A stretch of DNA of 64,000 nt from Candidatus Omnitrophota bacterium (GCA_028715965.1 JAQUQS010000002.1:77368-141367), one strand, 5' to 3'; positions 1 to 9,501 are shown, counted from the first letter of the stretch. Numbers and translations are program-made. The notes: generated from the sequence alone by a model not told the origin.

Positions 1-212
1 ACCTCTCCTCGTGCCCGATAGTATCTCGATCCGGGAACCGTCATCCTCTATTTTCATCCGTCCGCCGCGACCATATCCATGCATCCGCTTTCTCATCTCA
101 TTGCGTATGAACGTATCGGCCTCACCGTCCAGCCTCAAGCCCGACGGCATACCGTCCATTATGGCTACCAGGCCTTTACCATGGGATTCCCCGGCGGTAA
201 TATATCTGAGCA
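1..212 (-). CDS. aroC: Chorismate synthase, N-terminal fragment. The gene runs off the left edge.
   Basis: Hand translation of the minus strand from the ATG at 210-212 gives MLRYITAGESHGKGLVAIMDGMPSGLRLDGEADTFIRNEMRKR... The TAGESHG N-terminus is characteristic of chorismate synthases. An SD-like GGAGGAAAG lies 6-14 nt upstream. The gene is absent from the supplied ORF track because no stop codon falls in the window. Confidence 0.75.
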
Positions 213-249
213 TACTTTCCTCCTATCCCGTACCTTGTGAAGATACGGT

Positions 250-1020
250 TCAGAAACCGAAATAGAACCCTATTATCCTCTCCCCGAATATAAGGCTAAT
301 GATCGCCGCAAGCGCCAGGTATGGCCCGTACGGGATTATGTCCTTCTTGAACTTGAACTTCATTATAAGCCCCGCCACCGACCCGAAAAAAGGCGCCATG
401 AAGAACGTTACTATGACCAATTTCCATCCGAGAAAAGCGCCTATCATGGCCATTAATTTTACGTCGCCTCCCCCGAGGGCCTCTTTCCTGAATATAAGTT
501 CCCCTATGACCCCCAAAAGGAACATGCTTCCGCCTCCCGCCAGTATTCCAAGGAGGGAATCAAAGAATGACCCGGCGTACGTCGCCGAACCGTCCAGTCT
601 CAAGACGGTCATCAGGATAAGTCCGACGACCACTCCCGGCAGGCTGACAACATCGGGTATTTCCTGGTATTCTATGTCCACAAAGACCACGATTATGAGC
701 ATCGCGGAAAATATCCAGTAAACGAAGAACTCCGGGGTGAGGGAAAAGATGGAAAGAAGCCCCATACCCGTAAACGCGGTCAGGAGCTCCACTATAGCGT
801 ATCGCGGCGAGATCGGGTGGCCGCACCCGCGGCATTTCCTTCCAAGCGCCAGGTAGCTCAACACAGGGATGTTATCATACCACTTTATCTTTTCCTCGCA
901 GAACGGGCACGCGGACGGAGGCCACACGATGGACCTGTTGAGCGGTATACGGTATATACATACGTTAAGGAAGCTTCCGAGTATAAGCCCGAAAAGGAAA
1001 ACAGCCGGATATTCCATCAA
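250..1020 (-). CDS. pilD: Type IV prepilin leader peptidase / N-methyltransferase (A24 family)
   Basis: N-terminal CxxC...CxxC zinc-binding cluster, several TM helices, and the GGGDVKL motif typical of prepilin peptidases. Overlaps the aroE stop by 4 nt. Confidence 0.85.
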   Translation of the reverse strand: MMEYPAVFLFGLILGSFLNVCIYRIPLNRSIVWPPSACPFCEEKIKWYDNIPVLSYLALGRKCRGCGHPISPRYAIVELLTAFTGMGLLSIFSLTPEFFVYWIFSAMLIIVVFVDIEYQEIPDVVSLPGVVVGLILMTVLRLDGSATYAGSFFDSLLGILAGGGSMFLLGVIGELIFRKEALGGGDVKLMAMIGAFLGWKLVIVTFFMAPFFGSVAGLIMKFKFKKDIIPYGPYLALAAIISLIFGERIIGFYFGF

Positions 1021-1955
1021 CTCCTCCCCAATTCCTTCATTAAAGCGTCTTTCATTATTTTCTTCGTCAAGATAAGGTCATCGTCATCTCCATCGGTCCA
1101 TATGTTGAACGATAGGGCCGCCTGGTTGGAAAGCATACTCTCACCGTTGTACGCCCTGAGCCCCCGGGCCCTGGCCCTGGACACGAGTTCCGTCTGACGG
1201 GCATAAACAAGGTCGTATACGACAGCCCCGTCCCTTATGTCGTCCACGGGAAGAGGACATCTATCTCCCTCTTTGGTCCCAAGTGGTGTCGCGTTTATGA
1301 CAAGATCACATTCGACTATCCTTGACGGGACATCTCCCGCGGAGGTTATCCCCGAGAACACTTCCGACATCCGTTCCATATGCCCGAGGTACCTGCCAAA
1401 ATCCTCAGCCAGGCTTTCGACCCTTTCCTTGACCACGTCATATACATATATCCGGCTCGGTAGTACCATATGCGCCAGAAAAAGGCATATTGCCCTTCCG
1501 GCGCCGCCGGTTCCGGCTATGAATATCTTCCTTGCCGAGACCGGGTCGAAATCCGGGATGTCAGATATCGCGTCATAGAACCCCTGGACATCCGTGTTGA
1601 ACCCCCTGAGCTTATCTCCTTCCACCTTGACCGTGTTGACCGCGCCTGTCACGGCGGCCCATTCGTGGAGAGGTTCGGGGTGTTTGGAGAACATCTGGAT
1701 CATCTCCTTGAAATCCATTTTATACGGGACCGTGACGTTGAACCCTTTTATGTTGCCCGTAGGCGATATCACATCCTGGTAAAAGACCTCAAGATCGCTC
1801 TTTTCCACATCGAATATCCTGTATTCGGCGGGAATGTTAAAGTGCCTGAACGCCGCGTTATGCATGACAGGTGAAAGCGAATAACTTATCTTCCTGCCCA
1901 GAAGACCGTATATCATCTTGCCGTTACCGTTGCCATTACCGTTGTCGTTGTCCAT
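1017..1955 (-). CDS. aroE: Shikimate dehydrogenase
   Basis: GLLGRKISYSLSPVMHNAAF substrate-binding motif and AGTGGAGRA Rossmann motif. The ORF begins MDNDNGNGNGNGK- before the conserved MIYGLLG. A G-rich SD-like GGCGGGGGGCGC sits just upstream of the ATG at 1953-1955, so the repeat-encoded extension may be translated. The alternative start is the ATG at 1914-1916. Confidence 0.85.
   Translation of the reverse strand: MDNDNGNGNGNGKMIYGLLGRKISYSLSPVMHNAAFRHFNIPAEYRIFDVEKSDLEVFYQDVISPTGNIKGFNVTVPYKMDFKEMIQMFSKHPEPLHEWAAVTGAVNTVKVEGDKLRGFNTDVQGFYDAISDIPDFDPVSARKIFIAGTGGAGRAICLFLAHMVLPSRIYVYDVVKERVESLAEDFGRYLGHMERMSEVFSGITSAGDVPSRIVECDLVINATPLGTKEGDRCPLPVDDIRDGAVVYDLVYARQTELVSRARARGLRAYNGESMLSNQAALSFNIWTDGDDDDLILTKKIMKDALMKELGRS
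1917..1955 (-). repeat. In-frame hexanucleotide microsatellite (AAC-GGN x5-6) encoding DN-DN-GN-GN-GN-GN at the 5' end of the aroE ORF
   Basis: The plus strand reads ccgttaccgttgccattaccgttgtcgttgtccat. The minus strand reads atg gac aac gac aac ggt aat ggc aac ggt aac ggc aag. Confidence 0.7.
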
Positions 1956-1971
1956 GCGCCCCCCGCCAGTT

Positions 1972-2014
1972 AAAAAACCAAAGGGGCTGAGGCTTATTAG
2001 TTCGCCCCGGCCCC
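1972..2014 (-). terminator. Putative intrinsic terminator after leuA
   Basis: On the minus strand, GGGGCCGGGGCG...GCCTCAGCCCC (GC-rich stem GGGGC/GCCCC) is followed by TTTGGTTTTTT. It lies 50-90 nt downstream of the leuA stop and upstream of the aroE start. Confidence 0.4.
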
Positions 2015-2062
2015 TTTTAAATCGGTATTGGATAGTTTATCATCCGCTCTCGATCCCGTTCT

Positions 2063-3619
2063 TTATTTGTGCTTTTTTCTTTTTTCTTTCACTGATAACT
2101 TTTTTTCCCTCAGCAAGTGCCGATTAACGGCGTTCATGAACGCGAGAACGCTCGCCTCTATGACATCCGTACTGGAAGCTCTGCCTATGACTATATCCCC
2201 TTTAAAGGAAAGCTTGATGCTGGCTTCGCCCAGGGCGTCCTTGCCGCTCGTTACGGCGTTCACCTTATAATCGATAAGGCGCCCCTTCAATCCCGTAGCT
2301 TTTTCTATGGTCTTGAAACACGCGTCTATCGGGCCGTCGCCCTTGGCCACGGCTTTTATCTTTTGTTTGTCTTTCTCCAGTTCAATAGCCGCTTCGGGTT
2401 CGGTGTTGTTCCCGCTGGTGACCCTGAAGTCTATCAGTTTATACGCCTCGGGTACCATGGCGAGCCCATCTTCCACTATCGTCGCGATATCCTCGTCGTA
2501 TATCTTGCTCTTCTTGTCGGCAAGCTCCTTGAACCGCGCGAAGGCCTGGTCGAGTTCTTTCACCGACATGGAATACCCCAGGTCTTTAAGCCTCTCGCTG
2601 AAAGCGTGCCTGCCGGAAAGCTTGCCGAGTATGATCCTGCTACCCTTGAAGCCTACGTCCTGCGGACGTATTATCTCATACGTGATCCGCTTCTTCAGCA
2701 CACCGTCCTGGTGTATGCCGGATTCGTGGCTGAAGGCGTTCTCTCCGATTATGGCCTTGTTGGGCTGCACCGGGATACCCGTCAGCTTGCTCACAAGTTT
2801 GCTGGTCTTATACAGTTCCCTGGTCTTGATATTGGTCGAAAGGCCCTTGAAAGCGCCCTTCTTCATCTTTATGGCCATCACTATTTCTTCAAGGGCGGCG
2901 TTCCCGGCCCTCTCCCCGAGTCCGTTCACCGTACACTCCACCTGTCTGGCGCCGTTCTGAACAGCTGCCAGTGAATTGCTGACCCCAAGACCCAGGTCGT
3001 TGTGACAATGCACGCTGATGACCGCGTCACCGATATTCGGGACGTTATCGTACAGGTACTTGATCACGCCACCGAACTCGGTAGGCACGGCGTATCCTAC
3101 CGTATCAGGTATGTTCACCGTACTGGCCCCGGCCTTTATCACGGATCCTACCACCTGCGCCAGGAAATCCAGTTCCGTCCTGGACGCGTCCTCCGGGGAG
3201 AACTCCACGTCGTCGAACCTGCTGCGAGCGTATTTCACGGACTCGACCGCGATCTTCAGTATCTCTTCCTTTGCCTTGTTCAACTTATACTGCCTGTGTA
3301 TCCTGGATGTCGCCAGGAACACATGGACCCGTCCCCTGCGGGCCTTTTTCAGGGCCTCATAGGCATCGTCTATATCGTTCTTGGTCGCCCGGGCAAGACC
3401 GCATATTACGGGACGGCGTACATGACGCGCTACCGTTCTTACCGCCTCAAGGTCTCCGGGACTGGTCCTGGGAAAACCTGCCTCGATCACATCGACACCA
3501 AGTTCTTCGAGTTGATACGCCAGTTTCAGTTTTTCATTGGCGTTCATGCTCGCGCCGGGGGTTTGTTCCCCGTCCCTTAAAGTAGTATCGAAGATAATGA
3601 CCTTGTCGTCTTTTTTCAT
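2063..3619 (-). CDS. leuA: 2-isopropylmalate synthase (the related citramalate synthase cannot be excluded)
   Basis: N-terminal IFDTTLRDGEQ, HCHNDLGLGVSNSLAAV, and a C-terminal LeuA-dimer regulatory region. The start was moved to the internal ATG at 3617-3619, which has AGGTGGGAAC as SD. The ORF-track start at 3694 adds 25 unlikely residues. Confidence 0.8.
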   Translation of the reverse strand: MKKDDKVIIFDTTLRDGEQTPGASMNANEKLKLAYQLEELGVDVIEAGFPRTSPGDLEAVRTVARHVRRPVICGLARATKNDIDDAYEALKKARRGRVHVFLATSRIHRQYKLNKAKEEILKIAVESVKYARSRFDDVEFSPEDASRTELDFLAQVVGSVIKAGASTVNIPDTVGYAVPTEFGGVIKYLYDNVPNIGDAVISVHCHNDLGLGVSNSLAAVQNGARQVECTVNGLGERAGNAALEEIVMAIKMKKGAFKGLSTNIKTRELYKTSKLVSKLTGIPVQPNKAIIGENAFSHESGIHQDGVLKKRITYEIIRPQDVGFKGSRIILGKLSGRHAFSERLKDLGYSMSVKELDQAFARFKELADKKSKIYDEDIATIVEDGLAMVPEAYKLIDFRVTSGNNTEPEAAIELEKDKQKIKAVAKGDGPIDACFKTIEKATGLKGRLIDYKVNAVTSGKDALGEASIKLSFKGDIVIGRASSTDVIEASVLAFMNAVNRHLLREKKLSVKEKRKKHK

Positions 3620-3700
3620 GTTCCCACCTTTATTGCCATATGCGCTATCGAACGTTGGATCGCTATAGATCCGTCCGGGACACTTGCCCGCCACACAGAC

Positions 3701-4687
3701 CTACATCCAGGGCATCATGCCTCTCAGCTCTTTGCCCACCTTCTCTATCATATGGTTCTTTTCCTCTTCTGTTATCTTATTGTAGTTAGGACGCCCGTCC
3801 TTGTTCTCTTTTATCCATTCTTCGGCGAATTGGCCGCTCTGCACCTCTTTGAGTATCTTCTTCATCTCTTTGCGTGTTTCCTGGTTGATGACCCTTTTGC
3901 CTCTTGTTATGTCACCATATTCCGCGGTATCCGACACCCTTTTCCTCATACCGTATATGCCTTCACGGTAAATAAGGTCGGTTATGAGCTTAAGTTCGTG
4001 AAGGCACTCGAAATAAGCTATCTCCGGCTGATATCCGGCCTCGACCAAAGTATCAAAACCGGCTTTTATGAGTTCGGACGCGCCTCCGCACAGAACGGCC
4101 TGTTCTCCGAAAAGATCTGTCTCCGTCTCTTCTTTGAACGTGGTCTCTATTACACCGGCCCTGGTCCCGCCTATGGCTTTAGCGTACGCGAGGGCTTTGT
4201 CCCGGGCCTTTCCGCTATGGTCCTGATAGACCGCGATAAGACATGGAACACCCTTACCCTGCTCATACATTTCACGGACAAGCGCGCCGGGCCCTTTCGG
4301 GGCGACCATGTACACATCAACGTTCTTGGGCGGCACTATCTGCTTGAAATGTATATTGAACCCGTGCGAGAACACCAGGGAATTACCCTCCTGGAGGTTC
4401 TTTTCTATGGTCGTGGTATAGACCATGGCCTGGACATGGTCCTGCGTAAGCACCTGGATCACATCAGCCTGTTTGGCCGCCTCATTGGACGAATACACCG
4501 TGAAACCGTCCTTTACCGCCTGCGTGTGGTTAGGCGTTCCTTCAAGCTCGCTCACCAGGACCTCTACCCCACTGTCCCTCAGGTTCAGGGCCTGACCTCG
4601 CCCCTGTATACCATACCCTATTATCGCTACCTTAAGATCCTTGATGTTGTTCATGTCAGCGTCTTTGTCATAATACATCTTCGCCAT
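3701..4687 (-). CDS. ilvC: Ketol-acid reductoisomerase
   Basis: [27 protein letters not shown]-binding motif and an overall IlvC-like sequence. The start was moved to MAKMYYDK (ATG 4685-4687), which has a GGAGGAGAG SD. Confidence 0.9.
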   Translation of the reverse strand: MAKMYYDKDADMNNIKDLKVAIIGYGIQGRGQALNLRDSGVEVLVSELEGTPNHTQAVKDGFTVYSSNEAAKQADVIQVLTQDHVQAMVYTTTIEKNLQEGNSLVFSHGFNIHFKQIVPPKNVDVYMVAPKGPGALVREMYEQGKGVPCLIAVYQDHSGKARDKALAYAKAIGGTRAGVIETTFKEETETDLFGEQAVLCGGASELIKAGFDTLVEAGYQPEIAYFECLHELKLITDLIYREGIYGMRKRVSDTAEYGDITRGKRVINQETRKEMKKILKEVQSGQFAEEWIKENKDGRPNYNKITEEEKNHMIEKVGKELRGMMPWM

Positions 4688-4770
4688 CTCTCTCCTCCTT
4701 TTATGCCCTATGGCCTCCACCTTCCAGGGACGCGCTCAACACTGATATACACGCCCGCGGCAGGTCATTT

Positions 4771-5262
4771 TTACACATTTTCCATGTCCGACTGTAAAGC
4801 TATCTTTCCCGTACGTACTATTTCCACTATCCCGTAAGGCCTCAGGAGCTCGACAAGAGCCCCCACCTTATGCGCATCGCCTGATTCCTCGACAGTAAGG
4901 GTCTTCCTGCCTATATCTATGATCTCGGCTCCGGTGGAGTCGACCACCTGCACTATCTTCTCCCTTACACCGGTATTCTCCGCTTTTACTTTTATCAATA
5001 TGAGCTCGCGATCGACATATTTCCCGCCGGTAAGGTCCTGTACCCTTATGACGTCTATGAGCTTATTGAGCTGCTTTTTGACCTGCTCGAGTATCTTTTC
5101 ATCCGCGTCCACCACTATGGTCATACGGGACGTGTCCGGGTCCTCGGTCTCCCCTACCGCCAGTGAATCAATGTTGAACCCACGGGCGGAAAAAAGACCC
5201 GCCACCCGGGCCAACACACCGAACTTGTTCTCGACAAGCGCCGAGATAATGAATCTGGGCAT
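4771..5262 (-). CDS. ilvH: Acetolactate synthase small (regulatory) subunit
   Basis: N-terminal ACT domain (ISALVENKFGVLARVAGLFSARGFNIDSL). It lies between ilvB and ilvC. Confidence 0.85.
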   Translation of the reverse strand: MPRFIISALVENKFGVLARVAGLFSARGFNIDSLAVGETEDPDTSRMTIVVDADEKILEQVKKQLNKLIDVIRVQDLTGGKYVDRELILIKVKAENTGVREKIVQVVDSTGAEIIDIGRKTLTVEESGDAHKVGALVELLRPYGIVEIVRTGKIALQSDMENV

Positions 5263-5283
5263 TTCTTTTCTCCTGCTTTTTTG

Positions 5284-6981
5284 TTAGGCCAGACCATGCA
5301 ACATATTGCTTATGGTCTCCCCGGCCGGGACCATCGGGAAAACGTTCTCTTCCCGCTCGATAATGAAATCCATTATCACGGGTCCCTTTTCCTTAAGCGC
5401 TTCTTTTATCGCTTTTTTCACGTTCTTTTTCTCTGAAATCCTTATACCTTTAGCGCCATAGCTTTCCGCCAGTTTGACGAAATCGGGGCATACGGTCGCC
5501 GCCTTTTCCGACAGCACCGTCCATGCGTATCTTTTGTCATAGAACAGTTCCTGCCACTGCCGGACCATACCGAGATATCCGTTGTTCAATATGGCTATCT
5601 TGACCGGTATCTTCTCGATAACGGCCATAGCGAGTTCCTGGATGTTCATCTGGATACTGCCGTCACCGGCTATATCAAAAACGATATGGTCGGGTTTCCC
5701 TACCTGCGCGCCTATGGCCGCGGGGAACCCGAATCCCATCGTCCCGAGACCGCCGGAAGATATCCAGGTCCGCGGTTTCGTGTATGTATAATGTTGCGCC
5801 GCCCACATCTGGTTCTGCCCGACCTCCGTAGCGATTATGACATCCTTATCTTTCGTGATCTCACATATCTGCTCGATGATATACTGGGGCCGGAGCTTGT
5901 CATCGTTCTTGTATTTAAGCGGGAAATCCCTCTTCCACTCCGCTATCTTGCCTCTCCACGCGGCATAATCACCCTTCCTGGCATGCGCGTTAAGTTCCTT
6001 AAGAACAAGCCGCGCGTCGCCGATTATGGGGATATCTACACTGACGTTCTTGCTCACGCTGGACGGATCTATATCTATGTGCGCAATGGTCGCGTTCGGG
6101 GCGAACGTATCTATACGACCCGTGACACGGTCATCGAACCTCGCTCCGACCGCTATGATAAGGTCCGCCTCCTGCACAGCAAGGTTAGCGTAAGCCGTCC
6201 CGTGCATACCCAGCATACCGAGGCTGAGCGGATCATCCCCGGGGAATGCCCCCAGGCCCATCATCGTGGTAGTGACCGGTATTTCCATCTTCCTGGCCAA
6301 TTTCGTGATCTCTACATTCGCCCCATCCGAGAGGACGATGCCGCCACCCGCATATATCAGCGGTTTCTTGCTCCTGGTCATGGTCTTAGCCAGTTTTTTT
6401 ATCTGGCCGATATGCCCTTTATACGTCGGCTTGTATCCTTTCAGGTCCACCGTTTTCGGATACCTGAATTCGGCCTGCTGAAGCTGCACATCCACAGGAA
6501 GATCTATGAGCACCGGACCGGGGCGACCCGTCCGCGCTATATGGAAAGCTTCCTTGACCACCTTTGCCAGTTCGTTGACATCCTTTACAAGATAGTTATG
6601 TTTTGTTATCGGACGCGTTATGCCGACCATATCGGCTTCCTGAAAAGCGTCATTACCGATAAGCGCGCACTTGACCTGGCCGGTTATCGCGACTATCGGT
6701 ATGGAATCCATATGTGCCGTAGCTATACCCGTAACAAGGTTAGTGGCTCCAGGCCCCGAAGTGGCCACGCAAACGCCTACTTCCCCGGTAGCGCGAGCGT
6801 ATCCGTCAGCGGCATGTACAGCTCCCTGCTCATGTCGCGTGAGATGGAAGGTTATGTCCTTATTCCCGAACATCTTATCCGCAAGCGGGATGACAGATCC
6901 GCCGGGATAACCGAAAATATGCTTCACACCTTCTTCAACTAGACTTTTAATAAGTATCTCAGCCCCGGTCACCTTAGACAT
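5284..6981 (-). CDS. ilvB: Acetolactate synthase large (catalytic) subunit
   Basis: ThDP-enzyme architecture with the GYPGGSVIP... N-terminus, a central FAD-binding region and C-terminal ThDP motifs (GDGSIQMN). The ATG at 6979-6981 has a GGAGAAGAG SD. Confidence 0.9.
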   Translation of the reverse strand: MSKVTGAEILIKSLVEEGVKHIFGYPGGSVIPLADKMFGNKDITFHLTRHEQGAVHAADGYARATGEVGVCVATSGPGATNLVTGIATAHMDSIPIVAITGQVKCALIGNDAFQEADMVGITRPITKHNYLVKDVNELAKVVKEAFHIARTGRPGPVLIDLPVDVQLQQAEFRYPKTVDLKGYKPTYKGHIGQIKKLAKTMTRSKKPLIYAGGGIVLSDGANVEITKLARKMEIPVTTTMMGLGAFPGDDPLSLGMLGMHGTAYANLAVQEADLIIAVGARFDDRVTGRIDTFAPNATIAHIDIDPSSVSKNVSVDIPIIGDARLVLKELNAHARKGDYAAWRGKIAEWKRDFPLKYKNDDKLRPQYIIEQICEITKDKDVIIATEVGQNQMWAAQHYTYTKPRTWISSGGLGTMGFGFPAAIGAQVGKPDHIVFDIAGDGSIQMNIQELAMAVIEKIPVKIAILNNGYLGMVRQWQELFYDKRYAWTVLSEKAATVCPDFVKLAESYGAKGIRISEKKNVKKAIKEALKEKGPVIMDFIIEREENVFPMVPAGETISNMLHGLA

Positions 6982-7023
6982 CTCTTCTCCTAATATTAAT
7001 AGTTATTTCCTATTTATATATAT

Positions 7024-7047
7024 AAAAAAACACGCATAGCTATGCGT
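7024..7047 (-). terminator. Hairpin plus U7 tract in the 5' region of ilvB. It is either the alr terminator or a leader terminator/attenuator.
   Basis: On the minus strand, the perfect palindrome ACGCATAGCTATGCGT is followed by GTTTTTTTATATATA. It lies 35-65 nt upstream of the ilvB ATG and just downstream of a consensus -10. Confidence 0.5.
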
Positions 7048-7053
7048 TTAATA

Positions 7054-7081
7054 AGTATAACACAACGAAAACCTTTGTCAA
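7054..7081 (-). promoter_or_regulatory. Sigma70-like promoter of the ilvBHC-leuA operon
   Basis: Minus strand TTGACA-N16-TATACT. The -35 reverse complement is at 7076-7081 and the -10 reverse complement at 7054-7059. Confidence 0.5.
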
Positions 7082-7174
7082 GATTATGCTTATAGGCACC
7101 CGGAAAGGCGCCCGGGCGGCATACATATCAGTATAGACAACTTTTCCGGGAGGACCACTGCATATGATATCCGG

Positions 7175-7197
7175 ATATAACCGCCGGTAGCCGGCGG
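7175..7197 (-). terminator. Putative alr terminator hairpin
   Basis: Palindrome CCGCCGG-TAG-CCGGCGG (7181-7197) lies 8 nt after the alr stop. On the minus strand it is followed by TTATATCCGGATAT, a weak U tract that is itself a palindrome. Confidence 0.4.
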
Positions 7198-7204
7198 AGC
7201 ATCT

Positions 7205-8350
7205 TTAACTTTGATCTATATATATGCGCGGCACACGATCGGTGACGGAAGCAAGTATCTCATACGGTATGGTCCCGGAATGTTTGGCGATCTTTTCTAT
7301 CGGTATTTCCGAGAAACCCTGCCTTCCGATAAGAACGACCTCATCCCCGACCTGCACTCCCCCTATATCACCCACATCCAGCATGGTCTGGTCCATGGTC
7401 ACGATACCGACAACTTTCACGAATTTGCCCTTGATCAGGGCTTCCGCCTTGTTGGAAAGTATCCTTCCGTATCCATCCGCGTAACCTATCGGGATGGTCG
7501 CTATCTTGGTCTCCTTCTGGGTTATATAAGTACGTCCATAGCTTATGGAACGACCAACGGGCGCGTCTTTTAGATATACGATCTTCGTTTTAAGGCTCAT
7601 CACCGGACGCAGCTTGAAACTTTTCCGGAAAGCTTCTTTAGGATATACGCCATAAAGCAATATCCCGGTCCTCACCAGATTGAGGTGCGATCTCTTCCAG
7701 TCGACCACCGCTACGCTATTGGCGGCGTGTTTATACCTGACATTGATACCCGCCGCCTCGATCCCGGAAAGCACTTTCTCGAAACTTTCTATCTGCATTG
7801 TCGTGAACACCTTATCCCGCGCCGCGGACGAGAAATGCGTATATATGCCTTCGAGCTCTATGGACCCTTCTTCCCTGACATTTTTTATGAACTCCACGGC
7901 TTCCTCGTGCCACACTCCTATTCTTCCCATCCCGGTGTCGACCTCTATATGCACTTTGGGCCTCACACCCGTTCCCGCGGCGATATCCTTCAACAGGGAA
8001 AGTACGCCCAGATCGCATAATGTGACCGTTAGATCGTTCTTTACCGCTATGACCGCCTCTTCCCTCAGTATCGACCCCATTACCAGGACAGGCACCGTCA
8101 TCCCGGCCTTCCTTATCCTCAGGCCCTCGTCTACCGTGGCCACGCCAAGATAGTTTATCCCGGCATCGACCAACGCGCGACTGGTCTCGACTATCCCGTG
8201 TCCGTATGCGTTAGCTTTTACTACCGCCATTATCGCGGTGTCCTTGTCCACAAGCTTACGTATACTCGCGAGGTTCCACCTGAGCGCCCTTAGGTCTATC
8301 TCCGCCCATGTAGGTCTGTAACTTTTCCTCTCCATCGTCATGCTATTCAC
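7205..8350 (-). CDS. alr: Alanine racemase
   Basis: AVVKANAYGHG PLP-lysine motif and an alanine-racemase-like length and C-terminal domain. Confidence 0.85.
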   Translation of the reverse strand: MNSMTMERKSYRPTWAEIDLRALRWNLASIRKLVDKDTAIMAVVKANAYGHGIVETSRALVDAGINYLGVATVDEGLRIRKAGMTVPVLVMGSILREEAVIAVKNDLTVTLCDLGVLSLLKDIAAGTGVRPKVHIEVDTGMGRIGVWHEEAVEFIKNVREEGSIELEGIYTHFSSAARDKVFTTMQIESFEKVLSGIEAAGINVRYKHAANSVAVVDWKRSHLNLVRTGILLYGVYPKEAFRKSFKLRPVMSLKTKIVYLKDAPVGRSISYGRTYITQKETKIATIPIGYADGYGRILSNKAEALIKGKFVKVVGIVTMDQTMLDVGDIGGVQVGDEVVLIGRQGFSEIPIEKIAKHSGTIPYEILASVTDRVPRIYIDQS

Positions 8351-9026
8351 CTTTTTTCAGGGTAATATTGCATTCTTTCGCGTGCAGATACATGGGGTCC
8401 ACATCTTCGGGTGGATCGAACTCGCCAGCAGCCGCCTTTGCCGCCCCCATCTCTCCGATATGTATAGCTTTGGGATACCAGTCCGCGTCCGGCGACACGT
8501 CCTTTATCCCGTTACTATCCAATATATCCCGGTATTTCTCCACGGCATCACCGTAAATGAATACATCCTTATCCACCGTACGGAGAACATCCTCCGCTTT
8601 CGCCAGAAGATACCCGGTCACCCTGGTGGACGCGGTGTTTTTCCTTTCATACAAAGCCGTATACACCTTTTCTTTCCTGGCGTCCAGGAAAGGCATTATT
8701 TTCTTCTTGCCGGACGGAGCGTTCATCGCGATAGCGTCCATACTGGACACACCGGCTATCTTTATACCGATCGCGGCTGCCAGGCCTTTTGCCGTTGATA
8801 TGGCTATGCGAAGCCCGGTGAAAGAACCGGGCCCCAGCCCAACGCTCACCAGTTCCACATCCCTTATGTTCCATCCGGACGAGGCCAGTATATCCTTTAT
8901 GCAGGGTACCAGTATCTCGCTGTGTTTAATACCAACGTCCTCGTGCATGGAGGAGACCACTTTCGCGCCCTCCATGAGCGCAATACTAAGGAACTTGGTG
9001 GATGTGTCAAAAGCTATTTGCCGCAT
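8343..9026 (-). CDS. tsaB: tRNA threonylcarbamoyladenosine biosynthesis protein TsaB (YeaZ)
   Basis: GPGSFTGLRIAISTAKGLA motif of the inactive Kae1/TsaD paralog. Adjacent to tsaE. Confidence 0.8.
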   Translation of the reverse strand: MRQIAFDTSTKFLSIALMEGAKVVSSMHEDVGIKHSEILVPCIKDILASSGWNIRDVELVSVGLGPGSFTGLRIAISTAKGLAAAIGIKIAGVSSMDAIAMNAPSGKKKIMPFLDARKEKVYTALYERKNTASTRVTGYLLAKAEDVLRTVDKDVFIYGDAVEKYRDILDSNGIKDVSPDADWYPKAIHIGEMGAAKAAAGEFDPPEDVDPMYLHAKECNITLKKGE

Positions 9027-9493
9027 ATCTCCTCTATCCTGCGAGCGGGGAATTTGCCCGAAACCTTAAAAGTGAACCGCCGTCCTTCCGTGCCGGCATG
9101 TTCTATCAGTATCTCCAGCCTGTCCTCGGGAAGCAGGCCCGGGATCTTATCCGCCCATTCCACCACGGTTATGCCGTCACCATAAAAATAACTTTCATAA
9201 TCAAGCGTATCGACAAGCGCGTCTTCTTCCAGCCTGTACACGTCAAAATGGTAAAGCGCCGTCCGCCCGTAATATTCTTTCATTATGACGAACGTAGGAC
9301 TGTTGACATAAACATACCCATCCACTCCAAGCCCTTTGGCCAGCCCCTTAACGAACATGGTCTTGCCGGCACCCAACTCTCCCGTAAGCGCGATGAAGTC
9401 CCCTTTTTCGAGGACGGACCCTATGCGCGAACCCAGTTCTATGGTATCTTCCGGCGTCTGTGTCTGTCTGGTATACATGAACCCCGCCTTCAC
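9014..9493 (-). CDS. tsaE: tRNA threonylcarbamoyladenosine biosynthesis ATPase TsaE (YjeE)
   Basis: Walker A GELGAGKT and a YjeE-like size. Overlaps tsaB. Confidence 0.8.
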   Translation of the reverse strand: MKAGFMYTRQTQTPEDTIELGSRIGSVLEKGDFIALTGELGAGKTMFVKGLAKGLGVDGYVYVNSPTFVIMKEYYGRTALYHFDVYRLEEDALVDTLDYESYFYGDGITVVEWADKIPGLLPEDRLEILIEHAGTEGRRFTFKVSGKFPARRIEEICGK

Positions 9494-9501
9494 GGCCCTT
9501 T

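Noticed and set aside
11-265. 84-aa plus-strand ORF at the left edge
   Set aside because: The opposite strand encodes a textbook chorismate synthase N-terminus with an SD, so the plus-strand ORF is an antisense artefact.
5686-6942. 418-aa plus-strand ORF antisense to ilvB, and similar antisense ORFs at 2117-2974, 18127-19137, 21326-22159, 22469-23209 and 42512-43950
   Set aside because: Each lies entirely within a well-supported minus-strand gene and has no recognisable motifs. The composition is typical of antisense translation.
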